DNA from: Anaerolineae bacterium | GTDB lineage: Bacteria > Chloroflexota > Anaerolineae > UBA7937 > B3-Chlor | Direction of reading: 5' to 3' | Assembly: GCA_034411995.1 (NCBI GenBank) | Contig: DAOUME010000022.1 | Coordinates: 3,965-67,964 of the forward strand | DNA: 64,000 bases | Shown: positions 45,366 through 56,074 of the stretch, piece by piece | How positions within the stretch are numbered: position 1 is the stretch's first letter | Layout: each line of letters opens with the position of its first letter | Notes under the pieces: generated by a model | The model's input: only the letters and a program-made list of their open reading frames with translations | What the model was told of the DNA's origin: nothing | Databases searched by the model: none | Position numbers and translations under genes: made by a program

Positions 45366-45734
45366 GTGCGAAACGATCACCGGTGGTTACCGCTGGCCCT
45401 GTTGTTCGTCATGGTGCTAGCCTGCCGATGGACAGGCGCGTCCCTCACGTTCTCGCCGCCTGAGCTTCCGGAGGCCCAGGTGGGCCGGCCGTACGAGGCG
45501 ACCATCGCCGTTTCCGGCAACCACACGCCGGTGTTCCTCATCTCCGTCGACCATGAGGAGCTTCCGCCGGGTCTGACCCTGCAGTACGAAGAGGGCGCCA
45601 GCACCGCCGACATCTCGGGAGTCCCCCAACAGGCCGGGGAGTTCCAGCTCACGGTGCGCGCCTCGTGCTACGGCACCAACGTATCGGGGCAGACCGGGGA
45701 GCGACGGTACAGGTTGCTGGTTCGAGAGGAGTGA
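45366..45734 (+). CDS. small lipoprotein with putative-Ig (He_PIG-like) domain
   Basis: GTG 45366 after AGGAGGA; lipobox-like VLAC; LPEAQVGRPYEATIAVSG...LPPGLTL...ISGVPQQAGEFQLTV. Confidence 0.55.
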   Translation: MRNDHRWLPLALLFVMVLACRWTGASLTFSPPELPEAQVGRPYEATIAVSGNHTPVFLISVDHEELPPGLTLQYEEGASTADISGVPQQAGEFQLTVRASCYGTNVSGQTGERRYRLLVREE

Positions 45735-45843
45735 CGTCGGGGGTGGCAGAAGGGGGGCGAAGCTGAACGAGAAATCAGAATTCGTCGCCGCGCTTGGTGA
45801 AGAGCTCGATCGTTGGGAAGGATTCCTGGCTAGCCTGAACGAA

Positions 45844-46224
45844 GTGCAGATCACCGCCCCGCTCCCGCCTTCTCACTGGTCCGTCAAAGACGTGGTGGCC
45901 CACTTCCGGGCCTGGCAGCAGGTCTCCATCGCCCGCCTGGAAGCCGCTCTGTCGAACGAAGAACCCCAGTTTCCAGAATGGATTGGCGGAGCGCATCCAG
46001 AAGCGGAGGATAATCGAGAGACGTACAACGAAAGGATCTATCGAGCGCATCGTGACCAGCCCTGGGCAGCCGTGCACCGAGCGTGGAAAGAAGGGTTCGT
46101 GCGGTGTCTGGAACTGGCAGAAACGATTCCTGAGGAGGATCTGCTGGAGAGCGGACGTTATCCCTGGCTCGAAGAATACCCTCTCTCAGCGGTTCTTCTT
46201 GGTACCTGCAATCATCATCGATAA
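45844..46224 (+). CDS. DinB/ClbS-like four-helix-bundle protein (boundaries uncertain)
   Basis: WSVKDVVAHFRAWQ...NERIY...LLGTCNHH; homologous-looking sequence continues upstream of GTG 45844 (LNEKSEFVAALGEELDRWEGFL) with no canonical start. Confidence 0.45.
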   Translation: MQITAPLPPSHWSVKDVVAHFRAWQQVSIARLEAALSNEEPQFPEWIGGAHPEAEDNRETYNERIYRAHRDQPWAAVHRAWKEGFVRCLELAETIPEEDLLESGRYPWLEEYPLSAVLLGTCNHHR

Positions 46225-46828
46225 CATCTCGAACCTCTTCTGGTGTTGTTCGGTCAACAGCGAGCGTGAGCCTAGTCCTCCCTGCACCGGCCAGCGAAGC
46301 GCGCCGCGGAGCGCCTGGAGGCCGAGACCGAGGAACACCACCGGACTGGCGCGGTAGAATCGCCTGAGAGGCGTCCACCGACCACACCTCGCTCGCGGCT
46401 CTTGGGAGCTGTCGCTGGGTGCTGCCAGGAGGCAGCACCCCTGCTTTGCGCTGGTGGAAGTTATGTCTATGTGGCGGTACTGTGCAGCCCGATTCCGCTC
46501 AGAGATGGTTATCGAAGCCCAGAGTTCAACTTGCCTCAGTGGTTCAAGGCGAGACAATGCTCCGTGGGGTCGGCGGCCGAGACGGGAACAATCGTGTCAC
46601 GCTGGTTCGCATACAACAACCCCCCGTGGGCACAGGACTGAGACCCGCCCGCAAGTGACCTGCCATCGGCGTCAGCCGTTTCCTCTTCGCCCAACCGCGA
46701 CAGTGGTTTGACGGAGAAGCCCTGCGGGGGCAGAATTGCGCCCGGCTTAGTCAGCGGCTGTCCGCCGTTGACTCGAGCTCGCATCCATGTACATCTTCCA
46801 TCTGCATGATGGACAACAGGAGGTTCGT

Positions 46829-47734
46829 GTGTCACACGCGATATCTCGAGCTATCAAACCGCTGGTAATCTTGTCTCTGGCCGCGGTGCTGATCGGTTGC
46901 GCGTCCGCAGCGCAGCCGCAGCCCACGCCCACTCCAGAGTCGGCGGCCCAGATCGCCAACCCCGCCTCCCAGAACTGCGTGGACCAGGGCGGCATGCTGG
47001 TCATTCAGGAACGCCCTGATGGAGGCCAGTACGGTGTGTGTGCCTTCGAGGATAACAAGCAATGCGAGGAGTGGGCCATGTTCCGCGGCGAGTGCCCGGT
47101 CGGTGGGGTCAAGGTCACCGGCTACATCACTCCCGCAGCTTTGTACTGCGCCATCACCGGAGGAGAGTATCAGGTCACGGGCAGCAGCAACACCGAAGAG
47201 GAACAGGGGACCTGCACCCTCCAGAACGGCCAGACCTGCGATGTGTGGGAGTACTACGGAGGGACGTGCAGCGGCGGCGCCGAGGCGAGCCCCTCGTCGT
47301 GGAGCGACCCCTTTGCCTATTGCGCGGCGGTGGGGACCATCGACGCCCCAGACGAGCGATACGACGGGCCCCCGATGCCGGACTCCATCGTTCAGGCCAT
47401 GATCCGCCAGGACATCGTGTCGGCCGATGCGCCGCTGGAGTTCCAGCAGCACGCCGTGTGGCGGTGTTTGGAGAACAGCGTGTGGGTCTGCCATTTTGGG
47501 GCCAACCTCCCCTGCGAGGAAAAAGCCGACACCTCCCAGGTGCCGAACGAGGGCATGGAAGAGTATTGCACGGAAAACCCCACCGCCGAGATCATTCCGG
47601 TTTTCGCCACCGGGCGAGCGACGGTGTACGAATGGGCCTGTCAGGACGGCCAACCCCAGGTGGTCAAGCAGGTCCTCACCGCTGATCCACGAGGGTACCT
47701 GGCCGAATTCTGGTACGAGCTGAGCCCGGAATGA
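46829..47734 (+). CDS. DUF333 domain lipoprotein
   Basis: GTG 46829 lies 5 nt after AGGAGG; lipobox LIGC; NPASQNCVDQGG...GVCAFEDNKQCEEWAMFRGEC. Confidence 0.7.
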   Translation: MSHAISRAIKPLVILSLAAVLIGCASAAQPQPTPTPESAAQIANPASQNCVDQGGMLVIQERPDGGQYGVCAFEDNKQCEEWAMFRGECPVGGVKVTGYITPAALYCAITGGEYQVTGSSNTEEEQGTCTLQNGQTCDVWEYYGGTCSGGAEASPSSWSDPFAYCAAVGTIDAPDERYDGPPMPDSIVQAMIRQDIVSADAPLEFQQHAVWRCLENSVWVCHFGANLPCEEKADTSQVPNEGMEEYCTENPTAEIIPVFATGRATVYEWACQDGQPQVVKQVLTADPRGYLAEFWYELSPE

Positions 47735-47835
47735 GCGTTCGAACGAGACCGCCTGTGGTGGCCCCTGGCTGATGGAGGTGAGGCCAGGGAACGAGGAGAA
47801 CGGGAGGGTCGCCCCCCCATAGAGAGGGCTTACCG

Positions 47836-48603
47836 ATGGACGAGAAGCCTCTCGTGATTGCGCGAAGGGGTGACCTGGAGAGGGCGCCCGAGAACACGCT
47901 GCCTGCTTTCGAGAGCGCCATCGCCAGAGGGGCGGACGGCGTGGAGCTGGACGTCCATCTCTCCCGGGATGGTCAACTCGTGGTCCATCACTTCTACAAC
48001 CTGGGCGCCACCGACGACGGCCAGGGCCTGGTCGGCGAGCACACGCTGGCCGAGTTGAAGGCGCTCGACTCCGGTAGCTGGTATGCCGAGCAGTTCGCCG
48101 GTGAGCCGAAGCCCACATTGAGCGAGGTCTTCGAGCTGTGTGCCGGCCGGGCCAGCCTGGAGGTCGACTTGAAGGACTCCAGCCCGGTTTTCCTGCACCT
48201 GGTCATCGAGGAAGTGGAGAGGTTCGACCTGGGGGGCGAGGTGGAGCTGACCACGGCCCACTACCCGCTCCTGACGTTGGTCAAGGAGCTCAACGGGGAG
48301 CTGCGCACCGGGACCTTCTTCTGCGAGCCTCCTGAGTGGATGCCGGTCCGTCTGGCCCAGAACCACCTTCTGGACTGGGCCGAGCTGCTGGGGATCGCCG
48401 TGGCTCACCTGGACATAGCGCTGATCACCCCCGATTTCGTGGACGAGCTGCATGACCGGGGCTTCGTCGTGCACGGCTCGAATCTCGATTCGGTAGAGCA
48501 GATCCAGCGCGGCTTGAATCTGGGGATCGATTCACTGTCGACGGGTCAGCTTGGCCTGGCCTTGCGGCTGCGAGATGAGTTCGTGGAGTCTCGTTGGAGA
48601 TAG
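47836..48603 (+). CDS. glycerophosphodiester phosphodiesterase
   Basis: VIARRGDLERAPENTLPAFESAI..GADGVELDVHLSRDGQLVVHH. Confidence 0.85.
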   Translation: MDEKPLVIARRGDLERAPENTLPAFESAIARGADGVELDVHLSRDGQLVVHHFYNLGATDDGQGLVGEHTLAELKALDSGSWYAEQFAGEPKPTLSEVFELCAGRASLEVDLKDSSPVFLHLVIEEVERFDLGGEVELTTAHYPLLTLVKELNGELRTGTFFCEPPEWMPVRLAQNHLLDWAELLGIAVAHLDIALITPDFVDELHDRGFVVHGSNLDSVEQIQRGLNLGIDSLSTGQLGLALRLRDEFVESRWR

Positions 48604-48971
48604 TCACTGCCGCTCCAACGTCGTTCGGCAACAGGAGGCAAGAGGTTTCAGTGCGTCAAGCGACCCGTGACACGATCCTCGCCAGCACCGATCCGGCCTT
48701 CGTGCGCGGTGCTGGCGCTGCCCGACGCCGTCTTAGCCGCCAGGCCCGCAACAGATAACGTCAACGACGTGGCTCCCAAGCCCCCACACTTCAAGGCGCA
48801 CGAGCACGGCCTGCACGGGCCGGAAACTTGACCTGGACCGGCTCCTGGGGGATAGTCTACGAAACTGGTCCACCCCTTAGCTGTGGCCGCGAGGTCTGCT
48901 GAAGACGCCCCATCGGCCAGGTCAACGGAACGAGGTCCGCACAGCCGGGTCGCTCTGGCTGGGGAGGAAGA

Positions 48972-49655
48972 ATGGACCACAAGATCATCCTGCGCTACGC
49001 CGTCCGGGAAGCTATGGGGCTTTTCCTCATGGCTGTGGCCCTGTTCTGGTCAGCCGGGCGGATAGACTGGTGGCCAGCCTGGGCTCTGATCGTGCTGATG
49101 CTGGCCTGGACCACGGCCACGGCCATCGTCATCCTGCGTTTCAACCCGGACCTGCTGGCCGATCGTTTGGGACCGCGCCGGGGTGGCAAACGCTGGGACC
49201 TGGCCATCATGAGTATCATAGGCCTCACCACCCTGGTGAGACTGATCGTGGCTGGGCTGGACCAGCGGTATGGCTGGAGCAGGGGTATTCCGCCCACCGC
49301 CCAGGTCGTCGCTCTGGTCGTATCTGCCCTGGGATACGTTCTGGTGGTCTGGGCCACCGCCTCCAACGCCTTCTTTTCGCAGGTCGTCCGTATCCAATCC
49401 GAGCGCGACCACGTTGTGGTTACTGGCGGCCCGTACCGATACGTGCGTCATCCGGCCTACCTGGGCACGATACTCTACGAGCTGGCGGTGCCCATCCTGC
49501 TCGCTTCCTGGTGGGCCTTGGTCGTCGGCGGATTGAACGTCATCCTGTTCGTGCTGCGCACGGCCCTGGAGGACCGCACCTTGCAGGGAGAGTTGAGCGG
49601 CTACGACGACTATGCTCGCCAGGTGCGCTATCGTCTGCTGCCGGGCATCTGGTAG
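48972..49655 (+). CDS. isoprenylcysteine carboxyl methyltransferase (ICMT)-family membrane protein
   Basis: Multi-TM; VVTGGPYRYVRHPAYLG motif. Confidence 0.75.
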   Translation: MDHKIILRYAVREAMGLFLMAVALFWSAGRIDWWPAWALIVLMLAWTTATAIVILRFNPDLLADRLGPRRGGKRWDLAIMSIIGLTTLVRLIVAGLDQRYGWSRGIPPTAQVVALVVSALGYVLVVWATASNAFFSQVVRIQSERDHVVVTGGPYRYVRHPAYLGTILYELAVPILLASWWALVVGGLNVILFVLRTALEDRTLQGELSGYDDYARQVRYRLLPGIW

Positions 49656-49727
49656 CCACGCGGAGACATGTGCGCACAGTCATCGGTCAGGCACAGTCCC
49701 GAAGTATGAGATCAAAGGGAGGGAGAA

Positions 49728-50366
49728 ATGAATCTGACACTTACTCTCGCGGCACTGCTGGCTACTTTCGAGAGCTACAACCTCGCAATCTGGCCCATGC
49801 AGGTGCTGGCCTACGCGCTGGGGCTGGTGGCGCTGTTCTTCGCCATCAGACCGGGCAGGTATTCCAGTAGAATCATCAGCGGTATCCTCTGTTTCCTGTG
49901 GCTGTGGACGGCGATTGTGTTCTTCCCGTTCTACTTCGGTCCGGTCTACACCCCTGCCTACGGATTCGGCCTGTTGTTTCTCATCCAGGGCCTGGTCTTC
50001 CTGGCCAGCGTGGTCAAGCCGCGAATCTCCTTTGGCTTCCACGGGAGCGTGTACTCCATCGTGGGGCTCCTGTTCGTCGCCTATGCCATGATCGGCTATC
50101 CCGTATTCGGCTACTTCCTGGGTCACGTATTCCCACAATCACCCCCCTTCGGGCTCACTCCTTGTCCCGCTACCATCTACACCTTTGGCCTGTTCCTGCT
50201 CACCGACAAGAAGGTGCCGAGGCTGTTTCTGGTCATTCCGCTGCTCTGGGGCCTGGGCGGAATCTTGCCGGTGTCTATCGGCATCCTAGAGGATCTGGGC
50301 CTGATCACCTCCGGCGTCCTGGGCACGGCCATGATCCTGTACCGGGATAGGAAGATGCAGGCTTAG
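49728..50366 (+). CDS. multi-pass membrane protein, function unknown
   Basis: AAAGGGAGGGAGAA RBS; six hydrophobic helices. Confidence 0.6.
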   Translation: MNLTLTLAALLATFESYNLAIWPMQVLAYALGLVALFFAIRPGRYSSRIISGILCFLWLWTAIVFFPFYFGPVYTPAYGFGLLFLIQGLVFLASVVKPRISFGFHGSVYSIVGLLFVAYAMIGYPVFGYFLGHVFPQSPPFGLTPCPATIYTFGLFLLTDKKVPRLFLVIPLLWGLGGILPVSIGILEDLGLITSGVLGTAMILYRDRKMQA

Positions 50367-50560
50367 GAGCGCTGGGTCCCCGACCCGCTGAGCGGGAGGC
50401 GAACAAAGTAAGGCGGTGGGGAGCAACGTCCGGCGCGGGACGACAGATGAGGTCACCAACGGCTGCGGCGTCCCCGTGACCACACGTCAGGCCGCAAACG
50501 AGCCAGGTGGACAGTTTCCAGAGCCGTAGCGGCCAGCATGGCCCACTGCGGAAGGTAACC

Positions 50561-52334
50561 ATGGGGCAGGCAGAAAACAGGAGAGCTGTGGCTGGTTCTG
50601 GGCGAAGAAAGGCCCTGAGGGCGTTGCTCGTGGCCGTGGCCTGCGTTGTTTTGGCCGCGATCACGACGAGCCCAGACCTGGCGCAAGAGGGCGAGATGCA
50701 ACTGCCGCCCGAATATGACTACGAGATCATATACCGTCCAGAAATCACAGGGCTCAGCGGGATCGTCGCCAGCCACGATGGCACACTGTACGCCAGACAC
50801 TTGAACTCGACCGGCGGGGTAATGGTCTCCCAGGTAGACGTGGACCTGGGAACGCTGACCACGGTGCTGGACCTGCCGCCAGAGACCTCGGTCTCCGGCA
50901 TCGTCGGCGGCCCTGAAGAGACCTTTTTCGCTTCAGTAGACGGGGAGTTCCGCCAGGTATGGCCCGATGCACTTTACGAGGTTTGGGGCGTCATTTCACC
51001 CGCCGGCTTCCCCATGTACTACACCACAGACGACCACATGCTGGGCATATCGAACGACGGGACCGCCGTCCTGGAGCTCTTCTCAGACGGCTCCTACGAC
51101 ACGCTGCTCATCGGACTGACGTCGGCCTACGACCTCGTGGCTGCTGACGACGGCACGATCTTCGTCGCGGACATGGGAGCCGGCGAGCTCGTTCGTCTCG
51201 AGACCGGCGGCACTCACAGCGTCCTGGCCACGATTGCGCAGGACAATACCGATCTGGCCTTTGACCACGGGGGGAGAGCTCTACGTCAACAACGCCAAAG
51301 ACCGTTTCTCCCAGGTCGACCTCCTCACCGGAGCGTTCACTGAGATGACCGCCCCCAATGCGGAATGTCCAGTGATCAGGAGCCCCGCCGCCGTGGCCTT
51401 CGACAGCTCCAATAGAGCCGTCTTCGGCGCCTGGGCAGAGAACCTGATCACCTGGGCTGATCTGAGCGCAGGTGACGGTGGGTTGGTCATTCACCAACAC
51501 TGGTCCAACTCGAACGCGGCGGACATCGGCCCGGACCAGGCGCTGTATCTCAGCGTGAACGGCTGTGGCAGCTCCCCGTCATCGTTAATCGAGCGCTTCA
51601 CCGCAGATGGTTCGCACGCCACATACCTCAACGGTCTGGTCGGTGGTATCCACGGCCTGGCCTTTGACTCCGCCGGGGGACTGTACGTCTCCCTGGCAAC
51701 GCAGACCGGCAGCGGGGTCTACTTCGTGGCAGCGGGGACCACTACCCTCACGCTGGTCCCCGATTCTGCCAATGCTGACATAGGCTACCTGGCCGTGGAC
51801 CCGGTAACCGGGCACGTCTTCGGCTATGGGGGCCAGGACCCGGCAGATCAGACTCGCGCTGTGCTGGTGGAGTTCTCCACGCTGGGCAAAGTCGACGAAT
51901 ACCAGGTGAAGCTGCCCATGGCAGCGATCGAGGTCCTCCTGGACTTTGCACCCGATGGCACGCTCTACGCCTTCGCCACAGAGGAAGCCCGGTTCATGAC
52001 CGGTCCCGAGGTGGAGCGCTGGATACTGCGTGTGGACCTGGCAGGAGAGACCTCGGAGCTCGTGGCCCAGGTCAATCGAGTGGGTTGTTGTCCCATGGGC
52101 AGCTTCAGCGTCGATGGCGGTGGATACGTCTGGTGGCTCCTCAACCCTGACTTCCTGCTCTATCGGATCTCTCCCAACGATAGGATGAGACTGTTTGGCG
52201 AGAACCTGCCTGTCGATGCAGGTTACGTAAATCGGAACTCCAACGGAGACGTCTTCGTCAACTCGCCTGACGGACTGTACCGGTTGTGGGTCTGGGCCGA
52301 CCACAGGGCGAGCCTGCCCCTCGCCTTGCACTAG
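50561..52334 (+). pseudogene. secreted beta-propeller (NHL/SMP-30-like) protein interrupted by a +1 frameshift in a G6 run
   Basis: Track ORFs 50507..51343 and 51234..52334 join as ...DLAFDHGG/ELYVNNAKD... if one G of GGGGGG (51269-51274) is removed; signal peptide after ATG 50561. Confidence 0.6.
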
Positions 52335-52505
52335 GACGCTGCCCAACGACTTCTTGTCCCTAACGCCGGAGTCCCCATGGACACCGCCTCCTCGCCACCA
52401 TCGTGCGGCTACCCGTTTCCGTACACTTGCCGCATCCCTCCACTTAGGCTATAAATCAAGGCGACGCGCGTTTACCTAGATCGACGTTCGTGCAAGGAGA
52501 CCCTT

Positions 52506-53033
52506 ATGCCAGAGATTCCTGACCTCTCGGAATTGTTCGCCACCCTGGGGTTGATCGGCCAGGTGCTGTTCTGGGTGATCGGCGCCTACTTCGTGGCCTT
52601 CTGGTTCAGCCTCATCGTCTGGACCTTTCGAGACGTTCGTTCCCGGTCCCGAGACCTGTTCACGCAAGCGTTGGGCACCCTGTTGGTCGTGCCCCCTCCC
52701 CCCATGGACCTCCTTGGCCTGGTACTGTACCTCATCCTCCGGCCCCGCGAGACCCTGTCCGAGGCGTACGACCGCTCCCTGGAAGAGGAGATCCTGCTCC
52801 AGGGCATCGAGGACGTGAACGTCTGCCCGGCCTGCAAGCAGCTCATCCAGCAAGACTACATCGTCTGTCCCAGTTGCTATACGCAGCTCAGAAAGCAGTG
52901 CCCCGAATGCGGGCGCCTCCTGGAGCTGGGCTGGACCGTCTGCGCCTATTGCGGCGCGAAGGTGCCCGGTCGAGCGGTCCCTGCGACCACACCTACTGAC
53001 CGGCTGCCCGAAAAGCATAGTGAGCCCGAGTGA
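52506..53033 (+). CDS. membrane-anchored double zinc-ribbon protein
   Basis: N-terminal TM helices; CPACKQ...CPSC...CPECG...CAYCG. Confidence 0.6.
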   Translation: MPEIPDLSELFATLGLIGQVLFWVIGAYFVAFWFSLIVWTFRDVRSRSRDLFTQALGTLLVVPPPPMDLLGLVLYLILRPRETLSEAYDRSLEEEILLQGIEDVNVCPACKQLIQQDYIVCPSCYTQLRKQCPECGRLLELGWTVCAYCGAKVPGRAVPATTPTDRLPEKHSEPE

Positions 53034-54000
53034 CGTCTCCGTCATAGTCACCGTCAAGAACGAAGCCTCCACCATCCACCGGCTGCTGGACTCCCTGCGC
53101 GACCAGACTATCGCCCCTTCTGAGGTGGTGGTGGTCGACGGAGGTTCCACCGACGGGACGGTGGAACGCATAGAAAGCTACCGCCCGCGACTTCCCATCA
53201 AGCTTCTCCTGCGCGCGGGGACCAACATCTCCGAGGGGAGAAACGAGGCTATCAGGGCTGCCGGGGGCAAGATCATCGCCAGCACCGACGCCGGCGTGCG
53301 ACTGGTCCCCCACTGGCTGGAAGAGCTGACCCGCCCGCTGGAAGAGGACGTTTCCCTGGACGTGGTCAGCGGGTTCTTCCTCCCCGATCCCCAGACCGTC
53401 TTCGAGAGGGCCATGGGAGCGGCCGTGCTTCCCGTGGAAGGCGACGTGCATGCGGAGCGTTTCCTGCCCTCCAGCCGCTCCGTGGCCTTTCGCCGGGAGG
53501 CCTGGCAGGAGGTGGGCGGTTATCCTCAGTGGCTGGACTTCTGCGAGGACCTGGTCTTCGACCTGGCCCTGCTGCGTGCTGGCCGCAAATTCACCTTCGC
53601 GCCCCAGGCAGTGGCCTACTTCCGCCCCCGGGAGAGCCTGTCAGCCTTCTGGCGGCAGTACTACCGGTACGCTCGGGGAGACGGCAAGGCCGATCTGTGG
53701 CGCAAGCGCCACGCCATACGCTACCTCACCTATCTCGTCGGGGTACCCCTGGTGACTGTGGCGGGCGTGGCCTACCATCCGCTGTGCTGGATGCTGCTCC
53801 CCCTGGCTGCGGCCGTTTACCTCTGGTCCCCCTACCGGCGTCTAGGGCCGATGATCGAGGGGCTCGCGGTGGGGGAGAAGATCAAGGCCGTCCTCTGGGT
53901 GCCCATCATCCGTCTCTGGGGAGACGTGGCCAAGATGGTGGGGTATCCCGTGGGGGTGTTGTGGAGATTACGCCACCGGGACCTGGTCAGAGCCAGGTGA
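53020..54000 (+). CDS. family 2 glycosyltransferase with C-terminal TM helices
   Basis: VSVIVTVKNEASTI, VVVVDGGSTDGT, STDAG. Confidence 0.8.
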   Translation: MSPSDVSVIVTVKNEASTIHRLLDSLRDQTIAPSEVVVVDGGSTDGTVERIESYRPRLPIKLLLRAGTNISEGRNEAIRAAGGKIIASTDAGVRLVPHWLEELTRPLEEDVSLDVVSGFFLPDPQTVFERAMGAAVLPVEGDVHAERFLPSSRSVAFRREAWQEVGGYPQWLDFCEDLVFDLALLRAGRKFTFAPQAVAYFRPRESLSAFWRQYYRYARGDGKADLWRKRHAIRYLTYLVGVPLVTVAGVAYHPLCWMLLPLAAAVYLWSPYRRLGPMIEGLAVGEKIKAVLWVPIIRLWGDVAKMVGYPVGVLWRLRHRDLVRAR

Positions 54001-54274
54001 GTCTGCAGGAGAAGCCGTCGTAGCCCCCCGCCCTCTGGCACGGCAGTCGCCGTCCACCGCGCGCCAAGCCTACTCGTCACTCGCCATCTCCATGCAACCG
54101 TTGAACCACTGATTTCGACCATTTGCCGCAAAACCGTTGACCCAGCTCAAATCCTCTTCTATAATGGTCATGCAGCCGATATCTACGGCCCATTGCGAGA
54201 AGACCTCGCCGAATCGTCTCCACACGATAGCTGTGCCAGATGTAGCCCGACCGCGACACGGCGAGGAGATCCGG

Positions 54275-55300
54275 ATGGTGACTACTCGAGACGAAGTCAG
54301 GAGATTATTGATCTGGGATGCCCTGGGCGCGCTGGCGGTGGGGCTCATCGCCGGTTTTTTCAGTGGGGACTACGTCTACGCCCTCGCTATCAGCTTCGCC
54401 ATGGTCTACATGGTCGAGGTCTTCTACTTCCTGACCAAGCACCTTCTCAGACCAAGGATCGAGAGCCTCCCGCGCGTGAGGAGGGTGCTGGTGGAGATCG
54501 GTGCCTCCTTCGGGAGCCACCTGCTGGGCGGCGTCCTCGGCGCGTTGTTGGTTACCCTGCTCCTCCAGCGCTACACCCCTTTGCTGCTCGTCTATCTGGT
54601 GACCTTCTCCCTCTTCTTCCCGGCGGCTCACTCGGTGCAGTACGTCCGCATGTTCTACCGGGAGCTGAGAGAGACGGAGCTCCAGGAGGAACGGCTCAAG
54701 TCCCTGGCGGCTGAAGCCGAGCTCAAGGCGCTCAAGGCCCAGATCAACCCCCACTTTCTGTTCAACACCCTCAACACCATAGCCCACCTCATACGCACCG
54801 ATCCCTCGAGGGCTGAGAGGATGGTCGAGAGGCTGGCCGAGGTCTTTCGCTACGCACTCTTCGCCATCGAACGAGATACGGTCTCCTTGGAGGAGGAACT
54901 CGCCTTCATCGAGGATTATCTCGACCTGGAACACGAGCGCTTTGGAGACAGGCTGTCGGTGGAGGTCCGCGTGGCACCGAGCAGCCTTCGGGTCGCGGTA
55001 CCTCCCCTGATTCTCCAACCCCTCGTAGAAAACGCCCTGAAACACGGCCAGGGCCCGAAAGGAGAGGTGTTTCTGGAGCTGCAGGCCTCTCTCGACGATC
55101 AGCGCCTGACCATCGCCGTGAAGGACCAGGGTCCCGGGCTACCAGTTCAGAGGCGACAGGCACGCAGAGACGGCATCGGACTGCGAAACGTCCGGGAGCG
55201 GCTGAAAAAGACCTATGGAGAGGCATACCATCTGAGACTTGCCCCCAACGAGCCAAGGGGAGCAAAGGTCACCATCACCATTCCCCTGGAGCGAACATGA
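54275..55300 (+). CDS. LytS/YehU-type sensor histidine kinase
   Basis: TM helices, then LKAQINPHFLFNTLNTI (His_kinase PF06580-type) and an HATPase_c end; ATG 54275 after GAGGAG. Confidence 0.85.
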   Translation: MVTTRDEVRRLLIWDALGALAVGLIAGFFSGDYVYALAISFAMVYMVEVFYFLTKHLLRPRIESLPRVRRVLVEIGASFGSHLLGGVLGALLVTLLLQRYTPLLLVYLVTFSLFFPAAHSVQYVRMFYRELRETELQEERLKSLAAEAELKALKAQINPHFLFNTLNTIAHLIRTDPSRAERMVERLAEVFRYALFAIERDTVSLEEELAFIEDYLDLEHERFGDRLSVEVRVAPSSLRVAVPPLILQPLVENALKHGQGPKGEVFLELQASLDDQRLTIAVKDQGPGLPVQRRQARRDGIGLRNVRERLKKTYGEAYHLRLAPNEPRGAKVTITIPLERT

Positions 55301-56046
55301 AGCTGACCACCCTCATCGTTGATGACGAAGCGCCGGCCAGAGACCGGCTCCGGCACCTTCTGGCCGGCAACGAACTCGTGGACCTGGTCGGCGAGGCCAG
55401 GGACGGCGCCGAGGCGATAGAAGCCGTCGAGCGACTCTCTCCGGACCTCGTGCTGCTGGACATCCAGATGCCGGTGCTCGACGGTTTCGAGGTCATCGAA
55501 GCGCTCGACAAGCCGCCCGCCATCATCTTCGTGACCGCTTACGACGAATACGCCATCCGGGCGTTCGAGGTCAACGCACTGGACTACCTCTTGAAGCCCT
55601 TCCGGCAAGAGAGGCTGGAGAGGGCTGTAGCCAGAGCTCACGAGGAACTGACCGCGGGGCGCGAATTCGCCAGCAGAATCGGACCGCTTCTGGAGACCCT
55701 CCGTGAGGAGAAGCGCCTCCTGACTCGTGTGGCTGTACGCAAACCCGGTAGTCTCCTGGTGGTGGATGTCCGTGATATCGACTGGATGGAGGCCAGGGAA
55801 GGCGGTGTGCTCCTCCACATCGGCGCCGAGGAGCACGCCATAAGTCGCACGTTGACAGAGCTGGAGTCCCGACTAGACCCCAGCCTGTTCTTCCGCGCAC
55901 ACCGGTCGATCATCGTCAATCTCGATCGGGTCAAGGAGATCGTGCCCTGGTTCGCAGGGAGCCACCGGCTGCGCTTGACCACCGGGACGGAGGTGGATCT
56001 GAGCCGCTCCCGGGCCAGGGAACTCCGCGAGATACTGGGCCTCTAG
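55297..56046 (+). CDS. LytR/AlgR-family response regulator (REC plus LytTR)
   Basis: LIVDDE...DLVLLDIQMP receiver domain; C-terminal LytTR pattern (FFRAHRSIIVNLDRV); ATGA overlap with the kinase. Confidence 0.9.
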   Translation: MKLTTLIVDDEAPARDRLRHLLAGNELVDLVGEARDGAEAIEAVERLSPDLVLLDIQMPVLDGFEVIEALDKPPAIIFVTAYDEYAIRAFEVNALDYLLKPFRQERLERAVARAHEELTAGREFASRIGPLLETLREEKRLLTRVAVRKPGSLLVVDVRDIDWMEAREGGVLLHIGAEEHAISRTLTELESRLDPSLFFRAHRSIIVNLDRVKEIVPWFAGSHRLRLTTGTEVDLSRSRARELREILGL

Positions 56047-56074
56047 ATGCCCTGTCAGGCGAGGAGGAGAGGGC

